Assembly (NCBI GenBank): GCA_944363035.1
Contig: CALVTS010000004.1
Span: 601 to 64,600 of the forward strand
Length of the DNA: 64,000 nucleotides
Reading direction: 5' to 3'
Source of the DNA: an uncultured Clostridia bacterium
GTDB lineage: Bacteria; Bacillota; Clostridia; Christensenellales; CAG-917
Shown: positions 33,431 to 42,364 of the stretch, one piece after another
How the letters are laid out: each line of letters begins with the position of its first letter
Position numbering within the stretch: the first letter of the stretch is position 1
Program-made: the position numbers and the translations under genes
The notes under the pieces: model-generated
Databases searched by the model: none
Told to the model about the DNA's origin: nothing
What the model saw: only the letters and a program-made list of their open reading frames with translations

Positions 33431-34213
33431 ATGTCGATAAGCATCGTGTCGCTGGCAAGCGGCAGCAAGGGGAATTCCACGCTGGTGTTTTCCGAAAACA
33501 CGGCGATATTGGTGGACGCGGGGGTGTCCTATTCCCGTCTCAACGAGGCATTGCGCAGGTTCGGGCTGTCCACCGCCAAACTTGACGGGGTGGTGATAAC
33601 TCACGAACACACCGACCACATCGCCGCACTGCCCAGAGTAGGTAAGGATACGCGCGTATACGCGCACCCTAAGACCGCCGAAGCCATCCTGCGCAGACAG
33701 GGAGAACTCCACGGCTACACCGAGACGGAGTTTTTCGAGGGCGGGTTCTTCATCGGCGACATCGAGGTCATCCCCTTCCGCATCCCGCACGACGCGGCGT
33801 ATCCTTTGGGGTATTCCTTCCGTCTGAAAACGGGAGCGCAGGTGAGCGTGGCGACGGATATGGGCAGACCCACCGTCGGCGTATACAACAACATCCGCGA
33901 GAGCGAAGCGGTGCTCATAGAGGCGAATCACGACATCGGGATGTTGAGGTCGGGGAACTATCCCGAAGCGCTCAAACGCAGGATCTTGGGGGATATGGGG
34001 CATCTCAGCAATGACATGACCGCATTGTTCGCCGAAAGGCTCGCGGGGTCTGCGGTGCGCACCATGCTCCTCGGGCATCTCAGCGAAAACAACAATCTTC
34101 CCGAGCTCGCGCTCGGCGCCGTCTGCGGACGGTTGCGCGAAAGAGCGTGCTCGGACATAGCCGTGGCTGTGGCATATCAAAATAAGGCGAGCGAGGTCTA
34201 CGAAGTAAAATGA
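33431..34213 (+). CDS. MBL-fold metallo-hydrolase (YycJ/WalJ-like)
   Basis: SGSKGNSTLV and ITHEHTDH motifs. 260 aa. Lies upstream of rlmH as in Firmicutes. Confidence 0.85.
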   Translation: MSISIVSLASGSKGNSTLVFSENTAILVDAGVSYSRLNEALRRFGLSTAKLDGVVITHEHTDHIAALPRVGKDTRVYAHPKTAEAILRRQGELHGYTETEFFEGGFFIGDIEVIPFRIPHDAAYPLGYSFRLKTGAQVSVATDMGRPTVGVYNNIRESEAVLIEANHDIGMLRSGNYPEALKRRILGDMGHLSNDMTALFAERLAGSAVRTMLLGHLSENNNLPELALGAVCGRLRERACSDIAVAVAYQNKASEVYEVK

Positions 34214-35322
34214 GAAAGAGCCTGATGGCAAGCGAAAGCGGAAGCCTTTATCTCTTCGCCCTGTGCGGGATATCCATACTGGGCAACATCTTCGCTTATG
34301 CGCTCTCGGGAGTGACGGGGAAGTTCGCGGGACTCAGCGTGGCGAGCTGGGTGAGTTATGCCGTCACCCAGGTGGCGATAGTGCTCGTGGTGTGGCTGTT
34401 CTCGATGTGGCGCAAATACGATCTTATCTCCGTCGCCAAGCTCCGTCCCATGAAAAACCCCTACCGCTACATCCTTCTCCTGCCCATCACGATAATGACC
34501 ATCGTGGCGTTTTTGCCGGTGTCCATGCTCTTCAACAAGTTCTTTTCCGTGATAGGTTTCGTCGGGGGAGTGACGGCAGGCAGCATCGACTTCGAAAACG
34601 CGGGCATATTCATCCTCGCAGTCTTCGTGATGGGGTTGCTCCCCGCCCTCGGCGAGGAGTTGCTCATGCGCGGCAACATCCTCCCCGGACTGACTTCGAG
34701 GGGAGCGGTGTTCGGGGTGTTCATTTCGGCGTTGCTCTTTTCGCTGTTGCACGCCAACCCCGTACAGACGGGCTATCAGTTCTGCCTCGGAGTTGTGCTC
34801 GCGGTGCTGTTCATGACCTCTCGGTCGCTGGTGCCCTGCGTCGCGGTGCACTTCCTCAACAACTTCTTCTCCCTGCTCATGACGGCGTATATCCCCGAGA
34901 TAGACCAAGCCATCCTGGATCTCGGCGCGTTCAACTGGCTGACGGGCACGGTGAGTTTCGTGGTCGGCACCTTCCTCCTCGTGCTCCTGCTTTACGCCTA
35001 CTACCGCCTCGGAGACGAGAGGAGGGAAAGGAACGGGTTCAAAGTGGTCAAAAACAGCGCCGTCTTTGACGAATATACCATCACCGTCTATCCCGAAGAG
35101 CCCGCTTCCGAGAAGAAGCGGCTGAAAGGCTTGGGAGAAGGGGTGAGATATTTCGCTTCCCTCTTCACAAAAAAAGGCTGGCATGACACCGAACGCGCCC
35201 TCTTCCTCTGTTGCGACGTGCAGTATCTGGGGAAGTCACAGCCCATGTTCGGGCTTTGGATAGCGATAGGGCTGGCGGCGGCATACTGGCTCATCACCCT
35301 CATCGTGGGGCTCGCGCTTTGA
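34210..35322 (+). CDS. CPBP-family intramembrane glutamic endopeptidase (CAAX protease-like)
   Basis: GEELLMRG, FSLLHAN and HFLNN motifs in order. Polytopic. Confidence 0.8.
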   Translation: MRKSLMASESGSLYLFALCGISILGNIFAYALSGVTGKFAGLSVASWVSYAVTQVAIVLVVWLFSMWRKYDLISVAKLRPMKNPYRYILLLPITIMTIVAFLPVSMLFNKFFSVIGFVGGVTAGSIDFENAGIFILAVFVMGLLPALGEELLMRGNILPGLTSRGAVFGVFISALLFSLLHANPVQTGYQFCLGVVLAVLFMTSRSLVPCVAVHFLNNFFSLLMTAYIPEIDQAILDLGAFNWLTGTVSFVVGTFLLVLLLYAYYRLGDERRERNGFKVVKNSAVFDEYTITVYPEEPASEKKRLKGLGEGVRYFASLFTKKGWHDTERALFLCCDVQYLGKSQPMFGLWIAIGLAAAYWLITLIVGLAL

Positions 35323-35332
35323 GGACGCGCCT

Positions 35333-35794
35333 ATGCTCAGGATAAACGTCATCGCCGTAGGCAGGCTCAAAGAAAGGTTTTTCGAGGACGCGGTGGGGGA
35401 GTATGCAAAAAGGCTCTCCGCCTACTGCGCCTTTTCCGTGACGGAAGTCCCGCCCGCGCCTGCGGCAAAATCCCCCTCAGAGCAGAGCTCGCAGGAGACG
35501 GAGGCTCTTTTGTCCAAGGCAAAGGGCTGTGTGGTCGCCCTGGACGGCAGAGGGAAGAGGATGTCCAGCGAGGAGCTCGCCCGTTTCATCGCGGAAAGGA
35601 GCGCGGCGGGGACGTCGGAGTTCAGTTTTCTCATCGGGGGCAGTCACGGGCTGGACGCGTCCGCTCTCTCCCGCGCCGACGAGAGGATATCCTTCGGCGC
35701 GATGACCTTCCCCCACCAGCTGTTCAGGGTCATGCTGACCGAACAGCTCTACCGTGCGCTCACGATATGCGCCGGCACCCCCTATCACAAGTGA
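35333..35794 (+). CDS. rlmH: 23S rRNA (pseudouridine1915-N3)-methyltransferase RlmH
   Basis: 153 aa SPOUT protein. MLRINVIAVGRLKE start and LSFGAMTFPHQLFRVMLTEQLYRA end. Confidence 0.9.
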   Translation: MLRINVIAVGRLKERFFEDAVGEYAKRLSAYCAFSVTEVPPAPAAKSPSEQSSQETEALLSKAKGCVVALDGRGKRMSSEELARFIAERSAAGTSEFSFLIGGSHGLDASALSRADERISFGAMTFPHQLFRVMLTEQLYRALTICAGTPYHK

Positions 35795-35801
35795 GGCGGA
35801 T

Positions 35802-36257
35802 ATGACCCGTACCGATGAAGAGTTCATGAAAAGAGCCTTGGCTCTCGCCGTCGAGTGCGCCGCTCGGGACGAAGTGCCCGTGGGCGCGGTGGTGGTCAAG
35901 GAGGGCAGTATCGTCGCAGAGGGATGCAACTTCAAGGAAAGGGAGAATTGCGCCGTCCGACACGCCGAGATAGTGGCGTTGGAGCGCGCGGCGAAAGTCC
36001 TCGGCAACTGGTGGTTGGAGGATTGCGAGGTCTACGTCACTCTGGAACCCTGTCCCATGTGCGCGGGGGCGATGATCAACAGCAGGATAAAACGGGTGGT
36101 CTTCGGCGCGTACGACCCTAAGACGGGCGCGGCGGGGAGCAAGGTGGACCTTTTCGCCCCGGGGCTCTTCAATCACGACGTGGAAGTGGAAGGAGGAGTG
36201 CTCCGCGAGGAATGCGCGGCGTTGCTCAGCGAGTTTTTCCGCGCAAAACGGGGCTGA
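35802..36257 (+). CDS. tadA: tRNA-specific adenosine deaminase TadA
   Basis: ATG at 35802. Zinc motifs HAEIVALE and PCPMCAGA. Confidence 0.9.
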   Translation: MTRTDEEFMKRALALAVECAARDEVPVGAVVVKEGSIVAEGCNFKERENCAVRHAEIVALERAAKVLGNWWLEDCEVYVTLEPCPMCAGAMINSRIKRVVFGAYDPKTGAAGSKVDLFAPGLFNHDVEVEGGVLREECAALLSEFFRAKRG

Positions 36258-36389
36258 ACGGAGGGAAAGAGAAAGAAATCCCCCGTTTGTGACATGAAAC
36301 TTTGCATCGCGGCTTACCGCGGTGCTATTTTCTTTTTGCCGGCAAGGCTGTCTGTCGTCCGCGCAAATACGCAGAAGGAGACAGCAGCA

Positions 36390-36611
36390 ATGGACAAGAA
36401 AAAAGTGATTTTTGTTGTCATCACCGTGGTTTCCGTCCTCGCATCGCTGGTTGCGTGCGCGCTCGGATTGCCGTATTCTCCCGTGAACATCACGTTGGAC
36501 GGGACGGATGCGTGCCTCGAAGCCCCCGCCCCCGGGGCGGGCGCGGATGCGGCTGACGCCGCGAATGCGGTGAGCGGGAGCGCGGTCTCCGCCGTGACGG
36601 GGACGCACTGA
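36390..36611 (+). CDS. Small putative lipoprotein (73 aa)
   Basis: AAGGAG RBS. MDKKKVIFVVITVVSVLASLVAC lipobox-type signal. Ala/Gly-rich tail. Confidence 0.45.
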   Translation: MDKKKVIFVVITVVSVLASLVACALGLPYSPVNITLDGTDACLEAPAPGAGADAADAANAVSGSAVSAVTGTH

Positions 36612-36661
36612 CGCTCCTGCCGGCATCCTCCCTCTCCCGCGACATCGCGGGGAGGGGAAAC

Positions 36662-36695
36662 TCGCGGCGCGGGTCTCCCGCGCCGCGTTCCTTTT
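36662..36695 (+). terminator. Intrinsic terminator
   Basis: CGCGGCGCGGG-tct-CCCGCGCCGCG followed by TTCCTTTT. Confidence 0.75.
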
Positions 36696-36721
36696 GCGCC
36701 TTTGAAAAGGGGAGGGGCAGG

Positions 36722-37002
36722 CATGCCAGACAGGAATAATACGAACCAGCCTCGGAGCAATTCTTTTCGGCGCTTTTGCACAGCCGAAACTTGCCAATAT
36801 GTACACTATTGCCTGCGTTCCGCCCGTGCAACATCATCCGAAAATCTCTTGCTCTGAGGTGCTAGCAGTTCCGCGCCAACCGATTTTTGGCTGAGCAAGG
36901 AAGTTGCCGCCGCTAATACCCCACCGTATTGGCAAGGCGGATGACGCGGTTCAGGCGGAAATCGGCGGCGCTGAACCTGATTCGTATTATTCCTGTCTGG
37001 CA
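36722..37002 (+). repeat. 281-bp element with perfect 23-bp terminal inverted repeats (MITE-like or long closing stem of a structured RNA)
   Basis: ATGCCAGACAGGAATAATACGAA (36722-36744) is the exact reverse complement of 36980-37002. No ORF. Several internal helices. Partial copy at 9446-9526. Confidence 0.6.
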
Positions 37003-37057
37003 TATCACGCAGACGCGGCGCATATCCTGATAAGAATCACAAACAAGGAGGCGGAAT

Positions 37058-38074
37058 GTGAGGCTAAGGATCTTGTTTTCGGAAAGCGAGCGCTCCTCGG
37101 TGCGCATTTTGGGCAGGAGCGCGGAGGAATATCTTTCAAGGGAGTTTGCAGATTTCCCCTGCGAGAGAGGGAGGGCGGAAGAGCTCCCTCCCCCCGAGGA
37201 AGGGGAGACTCTCGCCGTCATCCCCCTCGATATGCCCCTCGTCACCGTCGAGGACGTGCGGGAGGGGATTGCGCGCGTCAGGAAGTACGGGCTGAAGGAG
37301 CTCATGCTGGGAGGTGCGGAAAGCGGCGCGAAACTCATAGTCGGCGGGGAGGGCAGGACGGGCTACACCCTCGACTCGCCGCACTTTGTCAAAGTTGATA
37401 GTGCAAAAAATCGCGCGTTGGTGTATAATCAAATGAAAGAACGCGTGATAACGCGGTTGCTCGAGGCGGGCGTCTTTCTGCCCGATCCCTCTCTCGTCGC
37501 GGTGGACGACACCGTGACGGTGTCCGCAGGGGCGGAGCTTTTGCCATTTTGCAGGCTGGAAGGAGACACTACCGTCGCAGAGGGGGCTCGCATCGAGGGG
37601 GCGTATCTGAAAGATTGCGTCATCGGGCGGGACGCACGCGTCCTCATGTCCCATTTGACGGGCACGCGCGTGGGCGCACGCTCGGAAGTGGGACCTTTCG
37701 CGCGCCTGAGAGACGCCGTCATCGGGGAGGACTGCCGCATAGGCGACTTTGTGGAGGTCAAAAATTCCTCGGTGGGGGAGGGCGCGAAGAGCGCGCATCT
37801 TGCCTATATCGGGGACGCGGACGTGGGGGCGAAGGTCAACGTCGGGTGCGGGACGGTGTTTTGCAACTACGACGGGAAAAACAAGCACCGCACCGCCGTC
37901 GGCGACCGCTGTTTCATTGGCGCGAACGTCAATCTGGTCGCCCCGTTGAGGCTGGGTGAGGGCTCTTTCGTCGCGGCGGGCACCACGGTCACGGAGGACG
38001 TGCCGTCGGACGCGTTCGTCATCGGCAGGAGCCGTCAGACGGTGAAGACGGACTCAAAACGCAAAAACACTTAG
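37058..38074 (+). CDS. GlmU-like protein: intact left-handed beta-helix acetyltransferase domain, short degenerate N-terminal nucleotidyltransferase domain
   Basis: GTG at 37058, 6 nt after AAGGAGG. C-terminal hexapeptide repeats and NYDGKNKHRTAVGDRCFIGANVNLVAP typical of GlmU. N-terminal region is ~115 aa and lacks the LxxGxGTxM signature. Synteny glmU-(prs)-pth-mfd. Confidence 0.7.
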   Translation: MRLRILFSESERSSVRILGRSAEEYLSREFADFPCERGRAEELPPPEEGETLAVIPLDMPLVTVEDVREGIARVRKYGLKELMLGGAESGAKLIVGGEGRTGYTLDSPHFVKVDSAKNRALVYNQMKERVITRLLEAGVFLPDPSLVAVDDTVTVSAGAELLPFCRLEGDTTVAEGARIEGAYLKDCVIGRDARVLMSHLTGTRVGARSEVGPFARLRDAVIGEDCRIGDFVEVKNSSVGEGAKSAHLAYIGDADVGAKVNVGCGTVFCNYDGKNKHRTAVGDRCFIGANVNLVAPLRLGEGSFVAAGTTVTEDVPSDAFVIGRSRQTVKTDSKRKNT

Positions 38075-38103
38075 GCGGGGACCTCCCCGCCGCGGGAGGT
38101 CTT

Positions 38104-38682
38104 ATGTATCTGGTGGTAGGGCTGGGGAACCCCGGCGCAAGATACCGCAACACCTATCACAACATCGGGTTCATGACGGCGGACGCGCTTGCGGAAAAAT
38201 GCAAGCTCCGCTTCACGGGCAAGGAGTGCGCCGCGCTCACCGCAAAGGGGAAGATAGGCGGCGTGCCCTTCGTCGTCGCGAAGCCGCAGACATATATGAA
38301 CCTTTCGGGGGAGAGCGTGCGACAGCTCGTGCGCAAGTACTGCGACTCCGAGGAGGAGCTCGTGGTGGTGTACGACGACGCCGACCTTCCCGTGGGCAGG
38401 ATGCGTTTCCGCGAGGAGGGGAGCGCGGGCACCCACAACGGTATGAGGAGCATAGTCGCCGAGCTCAACACCACCTCTTTCAAACGTCTGCGCATAGGCA
38501 TAAAGACAGAGGAATTAGCCGCAAAAGAGGTTGAAATAGTCGATTTGGTGCTTTCAAAGGTCGATTATGCCGACAAGCCCGCAATAGACAGGTGCGTTGC
38601 CGAAGCCGCGGACGCGCTTTTTGAACTCATCTCCGGCAAGGACATACAGCGCATAGAGGAAAGATTGAACAAAAGAAAATGA
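38104..38682 (+). CDS. pth: Peptidyl-tRNA hydrolase
   Basis: MYLVVGLGNPG start. HNGMRS motif. 192 aa. Confidence 0.93.
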   Translation: MYLVVGLGNPGARYRNTYHNIGFMTADALAEKCKLRFTGKECAALTAKGKIGGVPFVVAKPQTYMNLSGESVRQLVRKYCDSEEELVVVYDDADLPVGRMRFREEGSAGTHNGMRSIVAELNTTSFKRLRIGIKTEELAAKEVEIVDLVLSKVDYADKPAIDRCVAEAADALFELISGKDIQRIEERLNKRK

Positions 38683-41600
38683 CTCCCGAACTTCTCGACA
38701 TACGCAATATGGGGGAGGAGCTCGCCTGCCTCGCCCGACTGGACGAGCCTCGGTTGCCCGGGGAGCTTTCGGCTGTCTCGGTGGTGCGCATCACGGACGG
38801 CGCGAAGGCGCATCTTGCGGCGAGCATCCCCGGCAAACGGATATACGTCGCGCCCGATCCTCCCGCCGCAAGGAGTATGTTCTCCAAGATATCCTCATTC
38901 CCGGGAGTGAGGGCGGTCTTTCTTTCCCACCGCGACGACGTGCTCATGTGCCGCAACGCCTATTCTCTCAGAGGCGCGGCAGAAAGGGGGGCGGCGTTGG
39001 GCAGGGCGGCGTGCGGGGACGCGGACATCGTGGTGGTCTGCGCGGACGCGCTTTTGCAAAAATATCCCCGCGCCGAGACGATCGCCGAATATTCCGTTCG
39101 CTTCGCCGTCGAGGATGTGATATCTCCGCAGGATGCGGCGGACAGACTTGCGCGGGCGGGCTATTCCCGACGGGAGATGGTCGCCGACCCCGGCGAATTC
39201 GCTCTGCGCGGCGACATCCTGGACGTGGTGACCTCGGAGGGCGCGTACAGGATAAACTTCTTTGACGAGCTCGTAGAGAGCGTCAAGAGCATAGACCTTT
39301 CGAGTATGCTTTCGGTGGACGACCTCGGCGAGGTGAGGATATATCCCGCTTCCGACACGGTGTTTTCAAAGGAGGACGCCGAGGAGGTGAAGAGCGCGCT
39401 TTCCTCCCATGCCGTCAACCCCGTCGCTTCCTCTTTGGAGAGCAGGGTGACGTGGGGAGCGGCTCCCGCAGAGCTCGCGTGGGCGCAGGTGTTTTCCTCG
39501 GGCTCCTCATTTTTGTTCGACTGTTTCGGCGCGGACGCTCGTCCCGTCGTGATCTTTGACGAACCCAAGATAATAGCGGACAAGTTCGAAGTCCTCACCA
39601 AGGAATTCCGCGGCAGGATAGACCCTCTCGTCACGGCGGGGGAGATACTCCCCGAGCACGCTGACGCGCTGTATGCGCCGAGCGAAGTGCGCCGCAGGAT
39701 AATGCTTGCCCGCAAGGTGTCCTTCACCTCGCTGGAACTCGGCAATCCCCTTTTTGCTCCCACCAAACTGCTCACCCCCAAGACCCGTCCCGTCACCAAG
39801 TACTATCTCGCGCCGGACAGCGTGGGGCAGGACCTGAAAAATTTCGTGCTGAGCGGGTTCAGGGTGCTGGTGTGCACCGGGAGCCCCGAGAGAGCGAAGA
39901 GCGTCAGAGAGAGCCTTGCCGAACAGGACGTCGGCACGGAGTATTCCGTTGACGGGGAGGGGAGCGCGTCGGTGCGCGTCACTCCTCTCGGCATAGAGAC
40001 GGGCTTTGTCTATCCCGCCGAAAAGGTGGCGGTGATAGGGGTGTCCGAGTGCGTGGGCAAACGGCGCGGCGCGAGCATCGCTTTGCCGAAAACGCAGTTT
40101 ACCGCACCGAAAGCGGGTGATTATGTGGTGCATCGTGTGCATGGCATAGGTCTGTGCGAGGGCACCACCATCATGAAAGCGGGAGAATTCGAAAAGGAAT
40201 ACGTCATCCTCCGCTACCGCGACGGAGACGTGCTTTACGTCGCCACGGATCAGATGGACAACCTCCAAAAATTCGTGGGAGAGGAAAATCCCCGTCTCAA
40301 CAAGATAGGGGGCAAGGAGTTCGCAAGAGAAAAGGACAAGGTCAAAAAGTCCGTGCGCAAACTCGCGGTGGACCTTTTGCGCCTCTATGCCGAGCGCGAA
40401 AAGAAAAAGGGGCACGTCTACGCTCCCGACACGGTGTGGCAAAAGGAGTTCGAGGACGAGTTCGAATATGAGGAGACCGCAGACCAGTTGAAAGCCATCG
40501 AGGCGGTCAAGCAGGATATGGAGCAGGGCAAGATAATGGACAGACTGTTTGTCGGAGACGTCGGTTTCGGCAAGACGGAAGTCGCTTTCCGCGCCATGTT
40601 CAAGACTGTGATGGACGGCAAACAAGCCGTGCTTGTCGCGCCCACCACCATCCTCGCCCGCCAGCATCACGAAAATCTCACCAAGAGGCTGGAGCCTTTC
40701 GGCATAGAATGCGCCCTCCTCACCAGATTGCAGACCTCTTCCGAGAACGCAGAGACCGTGCGCAGGCTCGCGGACGGAACTCTTTATATGGCGATCGCCA
40801 CTCACAAAGTGCTCTCCAAGGGGGTGGAGTTCAAGGATCTCGGGCTCCTGGTGCTGGATGAGGAACAGCGTTTCGGCGTGGAGCACAAGGAATTGCTCAA
40901 AGCCCGCAATCCTCTCGTCAACGTGCTCACGCTTTCCGCGACGCCCATCCCGCGCACCCTCAACATGGCGCTGTCCGGAGTGCGTGACATCTCTCTTTTG
41001 GAGACCGCTCCGAGGGGCAGGCTCCCCGTGCAGACATACGTCATACCCTATTCGGACGCGCTTGTCGCCGACGCGGTGACGAGGGAATGCGCCCGAGGAG
41101 GGCAGACTCTCATCCTCCTCAACGACATCGACGCGCTGGAAGGGTTCGGCGCGAAACTCTCCTCCATGCTCCCTGCGGGGACCGGGATCGTCACCGCGCA
41201 CGGGCAGATGACGGGGGGAGAGCTGGAAAAGCGTATCGCCGCGTTCTACGAAAAGAAGTATGACGTCCTCATCGCCACCACCATAATAGAAAACGGCATC
41301 GATCTGCCGGACGCCAACACCCTGATAGTTGTGGATTCGGGCAGATTCGGGCTGTCGCAACTGTACCAGCTCCGCGGACGGGTGGGCAGACGCGGAGTGC
41401 TGGCGCACGCCTATTTCACCGTGCCCGAAAACGGCGTCCTCACCTCGGATGCCGAAAAGCGCCTCCGCGCGCTCATGGAGAACACCGAGATAGGCAGCGG
41501 CTTCCGCATAGCCCTTTCCGACCTTTCCATACGCGGGGCGGGGACCCTCCTCGGCGCCGAACAGCACGGGCACATCGAAAGGGTGGGCTACGAGATGTAC

Positions 41601-42116
41601 ATCGAGCTCCTCAACGAAGCCGTGGAGGAGATGCGCACGGGCAGAAAGACGGAGGAGATAAGGGAAGTGGAGATGAAGGTGGACGTGCCCGCTTTCATAC
41701 GCGACGGCTATGTCAGCGGCAGGGACAAACTGCGCATCTACAAGCGTATCGCCACGGTGTCCACCGCGGCGGAGAGGAATGCGGTGCTCTCCGAGCTTTC
41801 CGAGGTCTACGGCGCGCCCGACGACGCGCTCGTCAACCTCGTGGACGTGGCGCTTCTCAAAAATCTCGCGCGCGGTTTCGGAGCGGCGAGGGTCATCCTC
41901 AACCGCAATGGAGCGGGAGTGGTGTTCGCCGACGCGGGCGTGTTCGGGGACGAGACTTTGATGAAAGCGGTCGCCGCGCACCGCACGGACGCGGTGTTGA
42001 CGAGCGCCATACCGCCCTCTCTCATCTTTGACGTCAAGGGGCTGTCCAACACGGACAAGCTGGCGAAACTCATCTCATTTTTCGAGGAAGCGGTCTCGGG
42101 GACGGAGGCGGCTTGA
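38679..42116 (+). CDS. mfd: Transcription-repair coupling factor Mfd
   Basis: 1145 aa. Helicase motifs GDVGFGKTEVA and LLVLDEEQRFG. ATGA overlap with pth. Confidence 0.95.
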   Translation: MTPELLDIRNMGEELACLARLDEPRLPGELSAVSVVRITDGAKAHLAASIPGKRIYVAPDPPAARSMFSKISSFPGVRAVFLSHRDDVLMCRNAYSLRGAAERGAALGRAACGDADIVVVCADALLQKYPRAETIAEYSVRFAVEDVISPQDAADRLARAGYSRREMVADPGEFALRGDILDVVTSEGAYRINFFDELVESVKSIDLSSMLSVDDLGEVRIYPASDTVFSKEDAEEVKSALSSHAVNPVASSLESRVTWGAAPAELAWAQVFSSGSSFLFDCFGADARPVVIFDEPKIIADKFEVLTKEFRGRIDPLVTAGEILPEHADALYAPSEVRRRIMLARKVSFTSLELGNPLFAPTKLLTPKTRPVTKYYLAPDSVGQDLKNFVLSGFRVLVCTGSPERAKSVRESLAEQDVGTEYSVDGEGSASVRVTPLGIETGFVYPAEKVAVIGVSECVGKRRGASIALPKTQFTAPKAGDYVVHRVHGIGLCEGTTIMKAGEFEKEYVILRYRDGDVLYVATDQMDNLQKFVGEENPRLNKIGGKEFAREKDKVKKSVRKLAVDLLRLYAEREKKKGHVYAPDTVWQKEFEDEFEYEETADQLKAIEAVKQDMEQGKIMDRLFVGDVGFGKTEVAFRAMFKTVMDGKQAVLVAPTTILARQHHENLTKRLEPFGIECALLTRLQTSSENAETVRRLADGTLYMAIATHKVLSKGVEFKDLGLLVLDEEQRFGVEHKELLKARNPLVNVLTLSATPIPRTLNMALSGVRDISLLETAPRGRLPVQTYVIPYSDALVADAVTRECARGGQTLILLNDIDALEGFGAKLSSMLPAGTGIVTAHGQMTGGELEKRIAAFYEKKYDVLIATTIIENGIDLPDANTLIVVDSGRFGLSQLYQLRGRVGRRGVLAHAYFTVPENGVLTSDAEKRLRALMENTEIGSGFRIALSDLSIRGAGTLLGAEQHGHIERVGYEMYIELLNEAVEEMRTGRKTEEIREVEMKVDVPAFIRDGYVSGRDKLRIYKRIATVSTAAERNAVLSELSEVYGAPDDALVNLVDVALLKNLARGFGAARVILNRNGAGVVFADAGVFGDETLMKAVAAHRTDAVLTSAIPPSLIFDVKGLSNTDKLAKLISFFEEAVSGTEAA

Positions 42117-42166
42117 CTTTTGTATCCCCGCGCCGCAGACGGACTGAGGGAGAGCTTCGATACGCG

Positions 42167-42204
42167 CTTTGCGTGCGCCGATGATAGGGCGCGCAAAGTT
42201 TTTT
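42167..42204 (+). terminator. Intrinsic terminator after mfd
   Basis: CTTTGCGTGCGCC-gatgatag-GGCGCGCAAAG followed by TTTTTT. Confidence 0.7.
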
Positions 42205-42364
42205 GTTGTCTTTGAGAGCAGGGAAGGGGCGCAAAGGGCTTTTTTAGGGAAAAGAGAGGGTATTAAAGCGTCTATTTATATTCAAAACGCTTGCGGGCGC
42301 GTCCGCGTGTGTGTATAATAGTCATACTATTGTAATCAATCCGTCAAACCTTTTCGGAGTGTAT

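Noticed and set aside
36922-36960. Group II intron domain V-like sequence (ACCGUAU...ACGGU)
   Set aside because: It lacks the AGC catalytic triad context, the GNRA-capped 34-nt hairpin geometry and any domain VI, IEP ORF or 5' GUGYG. The element is only 281 nt with terminal inverted repeats.
36722-37002. SRP RNA (ffs/scRNA), expected near tadA in many Firmicutes
   Set aside because: The universally conserved helix-8 motif (GUCAGGUCCGGAAGGAAGCAGC) is absent. The 12/13 match of GGCGGAUGACGCG to E. coli 4.5S GGCAGAUGACGCG is isolated, and the same stretch recurs at 9462-9474, which a single-copy SRP RNA would not explain.
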